Shown one piece after another: positions 1 through 14,734 of a DNA stretch of 64,000 nt (positions are counted from its first letter, which is position 1; each line of letters opens with the position of its first letter). The translations under genes were made by a program, and so were the position numbers. The stretch spans positions 1-64,000 of the forward strand of contig NW_002060987.1 in assembly GCF_000150275.1 (NCBI RefSeq), in the 5' to 3' direction. The stretch is from Trichoplax adhaerens (taxonomy: Eukaryota; Animalia; Placozoa). The notes under the pieces were generated by a model that was not told where the DNA came from, ran no database searches, and saw only the letters and a program-made list of their open reading frames with translations.

Positions 1-341
1 CTAACCCTAACCCTAACCCTAACCCTAACCCTAACCCTAACCCTAACCCTAACCCTAACCCTAACCCTAACCCTAACCCTAACCCGAACCCTAACCCTAA
101 CCCTAACCCTAACCCTAACCCTAACCCTAACCCTAACCCTAACCCTAACCCTAACCCTAACCCTAACCCTAACCCTAACCCTAACCCTAACCCTAACCCT
201 AACCCTAACCCTAACCCTAACCCTAACCCTAACCCTAACCCTAACCCTAACCCTAACCCTAACCCTAACCCTAACCCTAACCCTAACCCTAACCCTAACC
301 CTAACCCTAACCCTAACCCTAACCCTAACCCTAACCTTAAC
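1..341 (-). repeat. Telomeric repeat (CCCTAA)n / (TTAGGG)n, chromosome end
   Basis: About 56 near-perfect CCCTAA units from base 1. One CCCGAA variant (G at 86) and a CCTTAA variant at the junction with unique sequence. Confidence 0.99.
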
Positions 342-3300
342 ATCTGATAATATCTTTTAAGGCATTTATTTTCGTTTATTTAGTGTTTTAATAATTACCG
401 TAGTAAATCCTTGATATTGGAATTAACCAGTAAAAAGTGCATAAATCATAATTACAGTAATAATAAATCATTGCGGTATGATGCAAGAATAAATTGGGTA
501 ATGCTTGAGTACTAAGTTGAATATGCTTATAGTTGTTAACACAAGTTTACCAAGCTACTTTATGTAAGGTAAAATGTAGAATACAAAAATTAGTAATTTT
601 ATATCTGCTTAAAATATTTATGAGTTTGTACGTAATCAAATGGCGGAATCTTTATCTATCTAATCAACTAGGAGTATGTTGCTAGCTTGCTTTTAGTAGA
701 TCAGATAGAACAAATTTGGTATGTGCAGAAATAATGTCTATACGAGCAATACGTAAATGCAGCTATATACTGTACAAAATTATTAAGCATGGAACACATT
801 AGTTTCTCAATTATCTCCTCAAGATCACTTATTATACTGTACTTGTTCCTAGATGTTGTTATTGTAACTATAGACTTTTATTCATTGGAATTATAAATCA
901 ACCATTAAAATATTATTATTTATCAGTAAATAAATAAATTGAACCTTTCCATTGCAAATTTAAACACATCTCTAGAACTGTTATACTCATATATCAATGG
1001 ATACGTGAATTAAAATGCAGTTAGGTTATATTACGGATCAAAAAAATTTTTCCGTGCCATTTATGCGCATACATATTTTGATTACCGAATCTATTAGATA
1101 TTTGCAATCCTTAATTCGCTTTAAAAAACGAACAAGCCGAAATTTAATAATTGATAGTGTTAAATATTGCCAGTTACGATCAAAGTTCTACAAAATTATC
1201 AAACATCATCTCGTATAATTGATCTTACTAGCAAAAATCAGACTTAAATCATTCAAATTTAAAATAATTTTAAGTTTTAGTATGACTTTAGACCATATAG
1301 TTATTGCAATACTGAACGAATATAATTTCAAATAAAACGATGAAATAATTATAAATGAATGTAAATCGCTTAACTTTCAAAGGTTATAGATTGCAAAAAC
1401 TGCTTACCTCTAGACTTAAATTATCGTATAAACTCATCAAAAATATTATATTAGACCAGATTCATATCTCAGAATTTGTAAAATTCTTTATCTTTGACAA
1501 TGCAGGCTTCAGAGTCCTATCAATCTCATTAACATTTGTTTAGCGCATTCCGCTCGTTCAATTATGCTAAATTTAGCATTATGGCTTCGTATGTACCTAT
1601 ACCTTTAATTACAGTTTTATTACATTTTAATCGTATAATACTATAAGTATCTGAAAACTTAGCACCTATGCTAGTTTAAGTGAATATGTATTATAAATAT
1701 AAACGAAAATTTTATATCCAAACCCATATAATAAATACTGTTTGTTCACAGAGCTTTCAAAGACTAGAGTCTAACACCAAGTTGGTGAGCATAATTCTGA
1801 AACCTTAGTGCTAACACATAGCGGTTATCATCGATCACCTTTGCGTAAAAGAAAAAATTGGCTCTTACGCTTGTAAGGCAAGGCAAGGCAAAGCATCTTT
1901 TTAATCACAGATTTTCGATAATAAGCATCATACAACAAATTCTTTTCCTTTGCGAATGAAAAAATAGAGACCATCCTGAGAGAAATTCAAGCTCTCAGGC
2001 ATAATAATTAGTATTCGGTATACTCTGGTAGACATGTACCAAGGTTAAATAATTAAAGCATTTGAGTTAAAACCTACGGAGATACTGAATTCGTTGTTAT
2101 TTAAATGCTTAAGTATTATCGGTGATTTGAATATATCGACAGTTTTCATGTAGTATTCATGTCTTATATTGCTTTATATGCCATCTATTACTTGGTAAGA
2201 TACCTTGAAATATCTGTTAAATTGTTACAAAGCAGTAGATTGTAGTAGTCACATAATCATGTTAAATGTAAAATGAAACATTACAGAAGGCTAAAAGTAT
2301 ACATTTCCTCCTTCTGTGGGTACCAAAGGTGTAGTGAGTAGCAGTTCTTCCATACTGAATGAAATTATCCAATAATATTACCGTTATCCTGTTTGCTATA
2401 ATAAAGATTGTTGATCATATTACTGACGCAACATACAGTTGTAGAATATTTATAATACCTATCGCTATAAAACAAACTAAAAGAATAAGCTTTTGTAAAT
2501 ACTGTATACGATTGCAGATATTGAGTCCGTATTATAATGATAATTATATTATTGATGAATATGTTATTACCTTGTTCCAATCTTGTCTTGTTTTATCACA
2601 TATATGATAGAGATAATAAGCCAGTATCAAACATATTTCAGGACACTGTATCGATGCAAATCTAACCATGAATATATATTACAGTGCAATCGTATGTAAG
2701 CTCGTTTCGCATTGATTTTCGGTTTATTGATCTGTTTACGATGCTTAGTAAGATATCCTTTTTAAACAGTGCACTACCAGCATCAGTTGCCGCTCTTTTA
2801 CCGCTATCTACAGCGTACCAATCGAATGGCAAATTTACCTAGTGCATTCTTACAAATACATTTTCTATCCTTCTAAATATGAAATACTTAATATTGGTAG
2901 TTATGCAGGAATTTTTTGTTATATAGGTGTAATTTATCAAGACAGACATATAATATGGTTCCATTGGCGAAATTGATTACCGCAAGGTAATAGCAATTCT
3001 AGTAGTAGATTGCGAATTAGTAGTTCTTAATTTTTGGAGCACAAAATTCTTCAGAAGTAAAGATAGTAGTGAAACTGATAAACATGGTTGAAGTTGAATG
3101 CCTGATAGAAGGGAGAAATATTTATAAAGTACGGTACATAATTGTCATACAACATTAGGGACAAAGTAGTCTAAACATGCCAATGCTTATGAAAAACGCT
3201 TCTTATTGACTTTAAGAGGCGAGATTTGCTATATCACCAAATAGTTCAGTTTCAACGAACGAATACTATAGTATAATTATAGCTTCATTGAAAGTGCAGA

Positions 3301-4915
3301 CGAGGTAGTCAGAGGTTTACTTTTATTTATCACTGAAGAAATCTTGATAAACAAGATTATAGTCTTGACAATGTAATAGCATTTGACAAACTATTTCATT
3401 AACTAACCGACCAACTAACTAAAAAGTGGTTTTCAAGCACCAGCCTTTTATAGTCTCGTCAGAAATTCCCGGTACGCATTAAGTAAAATTATCCTTCTAA
3501 AGTTATAGGAATTAATATGAATATTGTCATTAAAGACTTCATATAAGACAATTAATAACATCTATTATTTAGAACTAACAATAAATTAATAGAAAGCTTA
3601 ACACTTAACAGAAGATGATAATTTAACACCTTAATCATATAATAAATTAATTAAATCAATTGACTATAACACTAGCAGTGTATTATCATATTGATCAAAA
3701 ATTAAACAGGTTATATGAAGAAATGATAGTTAATAAAACGTTAATTCATATAAACAATCTTTTATACTACGCTATAATAGTATTGGCATCAAATGAATAC
3801 TTCAATCAGTCAATTTTTGGTTAATGGAATACATCCAAAGGGTTTTCATAAACTTATAAGAAATATTTGTTAATGGAAACAAATGATATTTTTAATTAGG
3901 GCCAATTAAGTAAGAAACTAGTGTTTTTTTTCTAACTTCAAAAGTGTCATTTGAGTTTTCACTTTCTAATTACATAGGACCATTCATACTAGTAAATATA
4001 CGATACATTGAATTAGTGTCAAATGAGCTCTTTAAGATTAACACGTATAAACCGCATGCTGTTCCTCAATTGCACATAGGCTCAATATTGAAGCGTTTAT
4101 ATTGTTTAATAACCTCAAGTGTAAAAACTATATAGCAAACGTAGTCAAATTGAAATTTAACACCAGCTTTAAGATTATAACAAATATAAAATTTCAGAGT
4201 ATTTAATATATGACTATGTTGTTATCGGGAAACTGTAGTTATTTTAAATAAAATCTGTAACATTTCCTTCCTAGCACTAATAACAATTAATAGGGTTCGC
4301 TGGAAATAAAGTATGAATCATCTTGGAACCACATACTATAAACCTAATTATAAAAGTAAATTACAGCGGTTCACATCACATCGCAACACAACTAATATTA
4401 TGACTATTACCAACTAATATGCAGTTATTAGCAAGTAGCCAATCACGTATTTGATGGTGAAGTTTCCCGTGAAAATCTTGAAGTGATAATTTAATAATTT
4501 AACTATTAAGAATTTCTGGCCAACTTTTTCCATATAACTAAGAAAAATTGGAAAACCAACGCACTGTAATGTAGTATAGCACCCTAATTAAGGTACTTCG
4601 GAAACTCTCATGACGGCAAAATATAGTACATAATGAAAAATATCGATACTACGTTAAAATGTTACTCTATATTACAGAACACCGTAGCCAATAGGAAACT
4701 ACCGGTACTGCATGATAACATCATCAGCGTCACTAGCAACAAACCAACATAAATACTGCATGGCGTTGTACTACATTTGGAACGTCAATTAATCATTTAT
4801 TAAATATGTTGGTTTCATGGCAATATTGTACGCTATTCTATTTGATTATTGAAGTCAAAAAGCAGACGCAATATACAGTTATCATTTTCCATTATCTAGA
4901 CATGCTACTATCTTT

Positions 4916-5010
4916 CTACGCATAGGGTTGTTCCATAAACTCGTCAATTCTTTCAGCTTCACCAGCAATATACATTCTCAATTGATTATCCTCTATCGAA
5001 GGGTCTGAGA
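4916..5010 (-). pseudogene. Decayed relic of the KDM1A/LSD1 last exon (copy 1)
   Basis: Translates FSDPS...GEAERIDEFMEQPYA*, compared with KDM1A WFSDPF...[18 protein letters not shown] at 19761-20087. Confidence 0.7.
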
Positions 5011-5488
5011 AAATATTAGATAGATTCAAGTCTGTTTGGTCTCGGCATCTGCTTAAAATTATCTTATTTCTCCTTTTGCACTGTCTGCTTTTACATAGCA
5101 TGGTCAACAAAATTTCTTCATTTTTACGTACTATTGAATCAAATCTCAGAGAATCAACCTATTAGGTTATTGATCTTTATTTTGCTTTCATTTTTAAACC
5201 AATTCAAAAGAGATCTTTAAAACAGAGTGTAAACAATGACACAATCAAGTATTTGGCTTTAAGTTTTGTTTACTTAAGGCCAGAGAATATGCTCGAGTTT
5301 GATGGAAGCTTAAGTACTATAGTCGTTAAATTCTAAAAATTCGCATCTTAGTGGACCTAAAATGAAGGTACGATAGTACATGAAGGACCGTATTCATTCT
5401 AATAATTTCCTAATACAGTTCATAAAAATTATTTCGTGTTTATTAAGTGGAAGGATTGAATATTCTTTCAAATTTTATCTAAAGATAA

Positions 5489-7344
5489 CTAATTTTTGCA
5501 CAAACTTATTGTCTCGTCGAATTGCCCGAATAAAGAGCTTGATTGCAGATGTACTTGTTTTCTTTCTGCTATTATCTTCTCGAAATGGGCCATATCGTAT
5601 AAAGGAGGACTATTATCCTTTTTTTCTGAAATATGGTTTGCGGGGTCTACTAAAAAATAACAGAGTATCCTTCTCATTCCATCTGATTTTGCGGTGAATG
5701 GTAATACCTTATGTTGATATTTGTTAAAGAATACGATACATCTGCCTTTTTTAGCTTGTAACGATCCAATTGGCTTGATTGTCGATTCGCTATTATGTAC
5801 ATCATTTATCTCTGCAACCGGTTCATGGAAGTCTGATTGGTAAGACGCCAAAGTTGATTGGTCAATCCATTTCCTAAATGCCAATCTTGACGTATATATT
5901 CCTTGAATATTGGTATAACATACAGCACTGGCAACTATTTTTTCATTTGTTGTTCCTTCCACATGCCAACTTCCACCTGGGTATGATTCTCCCTTTTTTA
6001 ACCTTATTTCTGCGATTTTAACGATGACTTGAAGTTTTCTATTTCGGAGGCTTATTTTATTATGTTTAGAATCATCTTCATCAAATGAACGCTTTCTGGA
6101 TGATTGGTAATAACAATCATTTACGTTTAAAACATCTTCAAAAGCGGGCAGTACATCTTTTAATGAGGAAGTTATTGAATCGTAAATGGCCTTGTCTAAA
6201 TCTCTCGATAAATTTCCGATATTTCCTGAAATAGCTATGTTTCCCAAATCGTCTACAGTGATATCTACTGCTGGCCATTGATATTTAGACGAAATAGAAG
6301 CAGTTTGTAAGAAATACAAACTCGAGGGCATATTATTCCAGTCTTTACTCGGAGCAATTCCGTGGATAATAGGATCCAATGAAGGATGAACAATATCTAA
6401 AACCTTTCCGTCCGATCCCGGATGCCAAACTTCTTTAAACCGATCAGATAATAGATATTTGTCTACGGCTTCGTTAAAAGTTATATAGGATAAATCATCT
6501 TTCGTAACAATTCCTTCGGATTGAAGTAAAGTGTCGCCGCATACCTTTCTTTCCCTCGCAAACGTAACAAATCTGATATCGCCCGTCTGATTTCTGCCTC
6601 CTTGTATTTTTCTGCATTTTGTAACTCTTGCTTCCATTTTTCACAATATTTGAAGATTTTACTCTCCCAGTCAACCTTTGCCATACAAGCATCTTTGATA
6701 GCCACGACATTAGAATTATTACTAGGGATTCGCCAAGTATCTATAAATATCCGGATAAGGTATCTGGCTAATTCAGGATCTTCGTAGAAAGTCGGCTCCA
6801 TCATAGGATGATGTTGGTAATTTCCTTGCAATTGAAGAAGATAATGCACTACATCATAACATTGACCACGACAAGCCCAGCGGAAACCTTGATAGTTCCG
6901 GACAGAAACATCTACACCAATCGCTACCAGTTTTTCAAGTGAGCCAAGGCTTCCGTGGTGACATGCCCATCTCCATGCGTATTCATCTTTAACGCCAATA
7001 ATTTCTTCCCAATATTTTTTCGGAATATTTTCACTCATATCAAATCTAAAAGCTAACATGGTGAAATTGACCCTCGACGTCTTTTCCATGTAAGGCAGAA
7101 TACAACTTGACATAAAATCGAATAAAGGTTCTGCTTCGCTACTATATTCATCTTCACTCAATCTGAAAAAGTTAATCCACTCACCATCGTCATCTATATC
7201 TATATCAAATAATTTCGCTATTTCCTTTTTGCGTTCTTCTGAAGATTCATCGAAGAATTGTTCTATTTCTGTTATGGTTTCTTCTTCAATGCTATCGAAG
7301 TCTCCATATTTCATGTTTTCCATTAATTCTTTTACTTCTTCCAT
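5489..7344 (-). pseudogene. Ankyrin + DUF4246 gene copy 1, frameshifted
   Basis: ORFs 6481-7344 and 5489-6637 together match the intact 619-aa copy. A 1-bp deletion in a C-run (CCC at 6553-6555, CCCC in the other copies) breaks the frame and could be a sequencing error. The C-terminus is LCKN rather than LCEH. Confidence 0.8.
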
Positions 7345-9098
7345 TTTGTGTCAAATAATAGGCCAATCTATACTTACTGTCGCTTAAAAATCTCTGAGTA
7401 TATCACTAAAACTTCTAGCTATAACAATAAACTTTTCCTGCATAACCATGGAAATGCATTAGTCCAACTGACAAACAGGACCGCATGGCCTTCAGTTTTA
7501 GTTAGTAATCAAATAACAGTTATTTATAATCCATTAATAATTAATAATATGTAAAGTACTACATACTAATTCGGTGTGCTACCTCACTTACTTAGCACGC
7601 TATACAGTGCAGGCTCATAATTGTATTTATCAGCTCAACCTGTTGAGCATAATTAATATTGTAGTAACACTAGCTGAACACGCCCCATGCCATACGAATG
7701 AAAGTTCTGATATTATCAAGAAGTTAATGTTATGCAGATGCATAAGAAGTATCTTGAGTGGAATTGAAATCTAATTTCGATAATAACTTGTAGCATTTAA
7801 CTATGGCGTTACTTTCTTCAGCAATATAGTTATACAAATTAAGAAATATTAACGTAGAAAATAGCTGTTTGAGCACAGTGATGGATTCTATCACACCTTA
7901 ATTAATGACTACGAATTCAGCTATTAAGACCAGTACTCAGTTCTGCTTTAGGCAAATTTACTAATTCAAGACTTAGGGTTTTGCTAACTTCTGTAGTGCG
8001 GTATAGCAATGCCAAGTGATTGTAATATTAGCAATAAACAATTACTTCAAACTTATAGATTTTACTTAGATCAAAGACATTCATAGAGTTTTTACGAGTG
8101 AATAACGATCATACTGTATACAGAAACAAAATTACTTTTTTCAATCAGTGCCAAATGAGAATAGAATGCTTTTTATTTCAATCTAAAGCATCTTTAGGGT
8201 TTCCGTTTTCATATAATGTTGTATCATTCATACATGCAAATATATTTTGAATCAGCATCAAAAGTGTGCTTCAAAAATGTTATTTTCAGGAAGATCTGAG
8301 ATATTTCTAGATTTGAAATTGAAATCGCATTTCTGAATCGGCACCGAGTGAAGAATTGAAATAGGCAATATTCTATTCAAATCTATGCGTAGACCGGCCT
8401 ACTACTCTTCTACAGAGCTTTACTATTTATCTCGATAATACCTTCTAAATCCATTGCTAACACGAAATTCCATTGTCATAGTTTATAGCAACGGATGCAC
8501 TAGTAGGAAGTACGGTATTTCGCCATAAAATATTGATCCGAATAATAAATGGCTATATTACAAATTAAATTCAGTCTTTCGTATACTGTATTTTTTATCC
8601 AAGCTTATAGGATTTATGCTACATTGTAATAATTACGTATAATCAAACATTAAATTAAATCATACACGTGCAGTGCATGCATTGGTCCTCAATCAACCAT
8701 CGGCTTAGAATCGAAGTACTCAACTTGTTGTAAACATCAATAATTATTTAATAAATCATTAGTGGCCATTTTCTTATCAGAAATAGTTACTTTTTATAAA
8801 ATATGTAAGATTTCACTCCAAACATTTATAGTTATCAATTGAGTTTACAGACTGTAAAGAACAAGCATACGATATATTAGCACATAAATCAATGTAATAC
8901 TACTAATATCAACTAATGTAGCGACCAAATAGCCAACCACGAATTAGATGATAAAATTTCTCTTGAATCTTGGTGACAATTTAGCAGCTTAACTATTAAG
9001 AATTGTTACGCCAAACTTTTTCCATATCACTAAGAAAAATGGAAAGCTAAGAGACATACTGTGTTACAGTACATTAAGGTAACTGGAAAACTCTCATT

Positions 9099-9148
9099 NN
9101 NNNNNNNNNNNNNNNNNNNNNNNNNNNNNNNNNNNNNNNNNNNNNNNN
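9099..9148. other. Assembly gap (50 N)
   Basis: Run of N at the junction between duplication copies A and B. Confidence 0.99.
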
Positions 9149-10818
9149 GCACCAGCCTTTTATAGTCTCATCAGAAATTCCCGGTACACATTAAGTAAAA
9201 TTATCCTTCTAAAGCTATAGGAATAATATGAATATTGTCATTAAAGACTTCATATAAGATAATTAATTAATAACATCTATTATTTAGAACTAACAATAAA
9301 TTAATAAAGAGCTAAACTCTTAACACAAGATGACAATTTAACACCTTAATCATATAATAAATTAATTAAATCAATTGACAACAACACTAGCAGTGTATTA
9401 TCGTATTAATCAAAGATTAAACAGGTTATATGAGGAAATGATGGTTAATAAAACGTCAATTCACACAAATAATCTTTCATGCTACCTTATAATTAGAACG
9501 AACTTACGTATCGTAACAATAATATAATCGATATTTTATATAAACTGTAAAGCGCACAAACAGGTATAAAATCAACGCTCACACCATAGTGCAGCTGGGT
9601 GGAACACCTTTATGCTGCACTTTAAAATGCACACACGGCTATTTGAACAATGCTTGCACTAAGGTGGCTGCTAGTGGGATAGTATTAGCATCAAATAAAT
9701 ACTTCAATCAGTCAATTCTTAATTAATGGAATACATTCCAAGGGTTTTCATAAACTTATAAGTAATAATTGTTAACGAAAACAAATGACATTTTTAATTA
9801 GGGCCAATTAAGTAAGAAAATAGTGTTTTTTTTTTCTAACCTCAAAAGTGTCATTTGAGTTTTCACTTTCTAATTACATAGGACCATTCATACTAGTAAA
9901 TATATGATACATTGAATTAGTGTCAAATGAGCTCATTAAGATTAACACGTATAAACCACATGCTGTTCCTCAATTGCACATAGGCTCAACATCGAAGCGT
10001 TTATATTGTTTAATAAACTTAAGTGTAAAAACTATATAGCAGACGTAGTCAAATTGAAATTTAACACCAGCTTTAAGATTATAACAAATATAAAATTTCA
10101 GAGTATTTAATATATGACTGCATTGTTATCGGAAAACTGTAGTTATTTTAAATAAAATCTATATCATTTCCTTCCTAGCACTAATAACAATTAATAGAGT
10201 TCGCTGGAAATAAAGTATGAATCATCTTGGAACCACATAATATAAACCTAAGTACAAAAATAAATTACGGCGGTTCACATCACATCGCAACACAACTAAT
10301 ATCATACTAATGCCAACTAATATGCAGTTATTAGCAAATAGCCAATCACGTATTTGATGGTGAAGTTTCCAGTGAAAATCTTGAAGTGACAATTTAATAG
10401 CTTAACTATTAAGAATTTCTGGCCAACTTTTTCCGTATAACTAAGAAAAATTGGGAAGCCAACGCACTGTACGGTAGCATAGCACCTTAATTAAGGTGCT
10501 TCGGAAACTCTCATGACGTCACAATATAGTATATAATGAAAAATATCGAAACTACGTTAATATGTTACTCTATATTACAGGACACTGTAGCGAATAGGAA
10601 ACTACCGGCACTGCATGATAACATCATCAGCGTCACTAGCAACAAACCAACATAAATACTGCATGGCGTTGTACTACATTTGAAACGGCAATTAATCATT
10701 TATTAAATATGTTGGTTTCTTGGCAATATTGTACGCTATTCTATTTGAATATTGAAGTCAAAAAGCAGCCTCAATATGCAGTTATCATTTTCCATTATCT
10801 AGACATGCTACTATCTTT

Positions 10819-10915
10819 CTACGCATAGGGTTGTTCCATAAATTCGTCAATTCTTTCAGCTTCACCAGCAATATACCTTCTCAATTGATTATCCTCTATT
10901 GAAGGGTCTGCGAAA
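10819..10915 (-). pseudogene. Decayed relic of the KDM1A/LSD1 last exon (copy 2)
   Basis: FADPS...GEAERIDEFMEQPYA*, paralogous to 4916-5010. Confidence 0.7.
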
Positions 10916-11393
10916 ATATTAGATAGATTCAAGCCTATTTTGTCTCGGCATCTGCTTAAAATTATTTTATTTCTCCTTTTGCACTGTCTGCTTTTACATA
11001 GCATTGTCAACAAAATTTCTTCATTTTTACGTACTATTGAATCAAATCTCAGAGAATCAACCTATTAGGTTATTGATCTTTATTTTGCTTTCAATTTTAA
11101 ACAAATTCAAAAGAGATCTTTACAACAGAGTGTAAATAATGACACAATCAAGTATTTGGCTTTCAGTTCTGTTTACTTACGGCCAGAGAATATGCTCGAG
11201 TTTGATGGAAGCTTAAGTACAATAGTCGTTAAATTCTAAAAATTCGTATCTTAATGGACCTAAAATGAAGGTACGATAGTGCACGAAGGACCGTATTCAT
11301 TCTAATAATTTCCTAATACAGTTCATGAAAATTATTTCGTTTGTTTATTATGTGGAAGGATTGAATATTCTTTCAAATTTTATCTAAAGATAA

Positions 11394-12649
11394 CTAATGT
11401 TCGCATAAACTTATTGTCTCGTTGAATTGCCCGAATAAAGAGCTTGATTGNNNNNNNNNNNNNNNNNNNNNNNNNNNNNNNNNNNNNNNNNNNNNNNNNN
11501 TAATCTCTCGATAAATTTCCGATATTTCCTGAAATAGCTATGTTTCCCAAATCGTCTACAGTGATATCTACTGCTGGCCATTGATATTTAGACGAAATAG
11601 AAGCAGTTTGTAAGAAATACAAACTCGAGGGCATATTATTCCAGTCTTTACTCGGAGCATTTCCGTGGATAATTGGATCCAATGAAGGATGAACAATATC
11701 TAAAACCTTTCCGTCCGATCCCGGATGCCAAACTTCTTTAAACCGATCAGATAATAGATATTTGTCTACGGCTTCGTTAAAAGTTATATAGGATAAATCA
11801 TCTTTCGTAACAATTCCTTCGGATTGGAGTAAGGAGTCGCCGCATACCTTTCTTTCCCCTCGCAAACGTAACAAATCTGATATCGCCCGTCTGATTTCTG
11901 CCTCCTTGTATTTTTCTGCATTTTGTAACTCTTGCTTCCATTTTTCACAATATTTGAAGATCTTACTCTCCCAGTCAACCTTTGCCATACAAGCATCTTT
12001 GATAGCCACGACATTAGAATTATTACTAGGGATTCGCCAAGTATCTATAAATACCCGGATAAGGTATCTGGCTAATTCAGGATCTTCGTAGAAAGTCGGC
12101 TCCATCATAGGATGATGTTGGTAATTTCCTTGCAATTTAAGAAGATAATGCACTACATCATAACATTGACCACGACAAGCCCCGCGGAAACCTTGATAGT
12201 TCCGGACAGAAACATCTACACCAATCGCTACCAGTTTTTCAAGTGAGTTCAGGCTTCCGTGGTGACATGCCCATCTCCATGCGTATTCATCTTTAACGCC
12301 AATAATTTCTTTCCCAATATTTTTCCGGAATATTTTCACTCATATCAAATCTAAAAGCTAACATGGTGAAATTGACCCTCGACGTCTTTTCCATGTAAGG
12401 CAGAATACGACTTGACATAAAATCGAATAAAGGTTCTGCTTCGCTACTATATTCATCTTCACTGAATCTGAAAAAGTTAATCCACTCACCATCGTCATCT
12501 ATATCTATATCAAATAATTTCGCTATTTCCTTTTTGCGTTCTTCTGAAGATTCATCGAAGAATTGTTCTATTTCTGTTATGGTTTCTTCTTCAATGCTAT
12601 CGAAGTCTCCATATTTCATGTTTTCCATTAATTCTTTTACTTCTTCCAT
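11394..12649 (-). pseudogene. Ankyrin + DUF4246 gene copy 2, frameshifted and interrupted by an N gap
   Basis: An extra T at about 12311 splits ORFs 12293-12649 and 11380-12339. The gap at 11451-11500 stands in for roughly 650 bp of the oxygenase core. Ends ...SLCEH* with TAG at 11394-11396. Confidence 0.8.
11451..11500. other. Assembly gap (50 N)
   Basis: Run of N inside ANK-DUF4246 copy 2. Confidence 0.99.
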
Positions 12650-14734
12650 TTTGTGTCAAATAATAGGCCAATCTATACTTACTGTCGCTTAAAAATCTCT
12701 GAGTATATCACTAAAACTTCTAGCTATAACAATAAACTTTTCCTGCATAACCATGGAAATGCATTAGTCCAACTGACAAACAGGACCGCATGGCCTTCAG
12801 TTTTAGTTAGTAATCAAATAACAGTTATTTATAATCCATTAATAATTAATAATATGTAAAGTACTGCATACTAATTCGGTGTGATACCTCACTTACTTAG
12901 CACGCTATACAGTGCAGGCTCATAACTGTATTTATCAGCTCAACCTGTTGAGCATAATTAATAATGTAGTAACACTAGCTGAACACGCCCCATGCCATAC
13001 GAATGAAAGTTCTGATATTATCAAGAAGTTAATGTTATGCAGATGCATAAGAAGTATCTTGAGTGGAATTGAAATCTAATTTCAATAATAACTTGTAGCA
13101 TTTAACTATGGCGTTATTTTCTTCAGCAATATAGTTATACAAATTAAGAAATATTAACGTAAAAAATAGCTGTTTGAGCACAGTGAGGGATTCTATCACA
13201 CCTTAATTAATGACTACGAATTCAGCTATTAAGACCAGTACTCAGTTCTGCCTTAGGCAAATTTACTAATTCAAGACTTAGGGTTTTGCTAACTTCTGTA
13301 GTGCGGTATAGCAATGCCAAGTGATTGTAAAATTAGCAATAAACAATTACTTCAAACTTATAGTTTTTACTTAGATCAAAGACTTTCATAGAGTTTTTAC
13401 GAGTGAATAACGACCATACTGTATACAGAAACAAAATTACTTTTTTCAATCAGTGCCAAATGAGAATAGGATGCTTTTTATTTCAATCTAAAGCATCTTT
13501 AGGGTTTCCGTTTTCATATAATGTTGTATCATTCATACATGCAAATATATTTTGAACCAGCATCAAAAGTGTGCTTCAAAAATGTTATTTTCAGGAAGAT
13601 CTGAGATATTTCTAGATTTGAAATTGAAATCGCATTTCTGAATCGGCACCGAGTGAAGAATTGAAATAGGCAATATTCTATTCAAATCTATGCGTAGACC
13701 GGCCTACTACTCTTCTACAGAGCTTTACTATTTATCTCGATAATACCTTCTAAATCCATTGCTAACACGAAATTCCATTGTCATAGTTTATAGCAACGGA
13801 TACACTAGTAGGAAGTACGGTATTTCGCCATAAAATATTGATCCGAATAATAAATGGCTATATTACAAATTAAATTCAGTCTTTCGTATACTGTATTTTG
13901 TATCCAAGCTTATAGGATTTATGCTACATTGTAATAATTACGTATAATCAAACATTAAATTAAATCATGCACGTGCAGTGCATGCATTGGTCCTCAATCA
14001 ACCATCGGCTAAGAATCGAAGTACTCAACTTGTTGTAAACATCAATAATTATTTAATAAATCATTAGTGGCCATTTTCTTATCAGAAATAGTTACTTTTT
14101 ATAAAATATGTAAGATTTCACTCCAAATATTTATAGTTATCAATTGAGTTTACAGACTGTGAAGAACAAGCATACGATATATTAGCACATAAATCAATGT
14201 AATACTACTAATATCAACTAATGTAGCGACCAAATAGCCAACCACGAATTAGATAATAAAATTTCTCTTGAATCTTGGTGACAATTTAACAGCTTAACTA
14301 TTAAGAATTGTTACGCCAAACTTTTTCCACATCACTAAGAAAAATGGAAAGCTAAGAGCTATACTGTGTTACAGTACATTAAGGTAACTGGAAAACTCTT
14401 ATTACGTATATCACTAAATAGTACCATATGTACTGCTATAAAACTAATATTGCGTTAACATGCTTCACGGTATTACAGAACAGTACAGTAAATTATCGTA
14501 TAGCAACTAAGTACAATAACGACGCCTACATGAATGTCGTATTATTACATTAGTGCTGCATTAGGAACGACGATTTATCATTTGTCCAATATGTTTGTAT
14601 CATGATTGTACTGTAAGTAAAACAAGGATCGAGTAGAAAGAGCATCAAGTACTGTAGCCTCAATATTAGTTACCATTTGAGCCATTTATCTAGAATTCAT
14701 GCTAAAATTATTATAATTATCGTTACCCGAGTGA

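Larger units (their letters stand above)
3437..9098. repeat. Subtelomeric segmental duplication, copy A (about 5.7 kb)
   Basis: Starts GCACCAGCCTTTTATAGTCTC like 9149 and is colinear with 9149-14403 up to the N gap at 9099-9148. Confidence 0.93.
9149..14403. repeat. Subtelomeric segmental duplication, copy B
   Basis: Colinear with 3437-9098. Carries an extra segment of about 180 bp near 9495-9678 and an internal N gap. Confidence 0.93.

Noticed and set aside
4916-5110. 64-aa ORF (and its twin at 10819-11013) as a small functional gene
   Set aside because: Non-ATG start; better explained as a decayed KDM1A last-exon relic.
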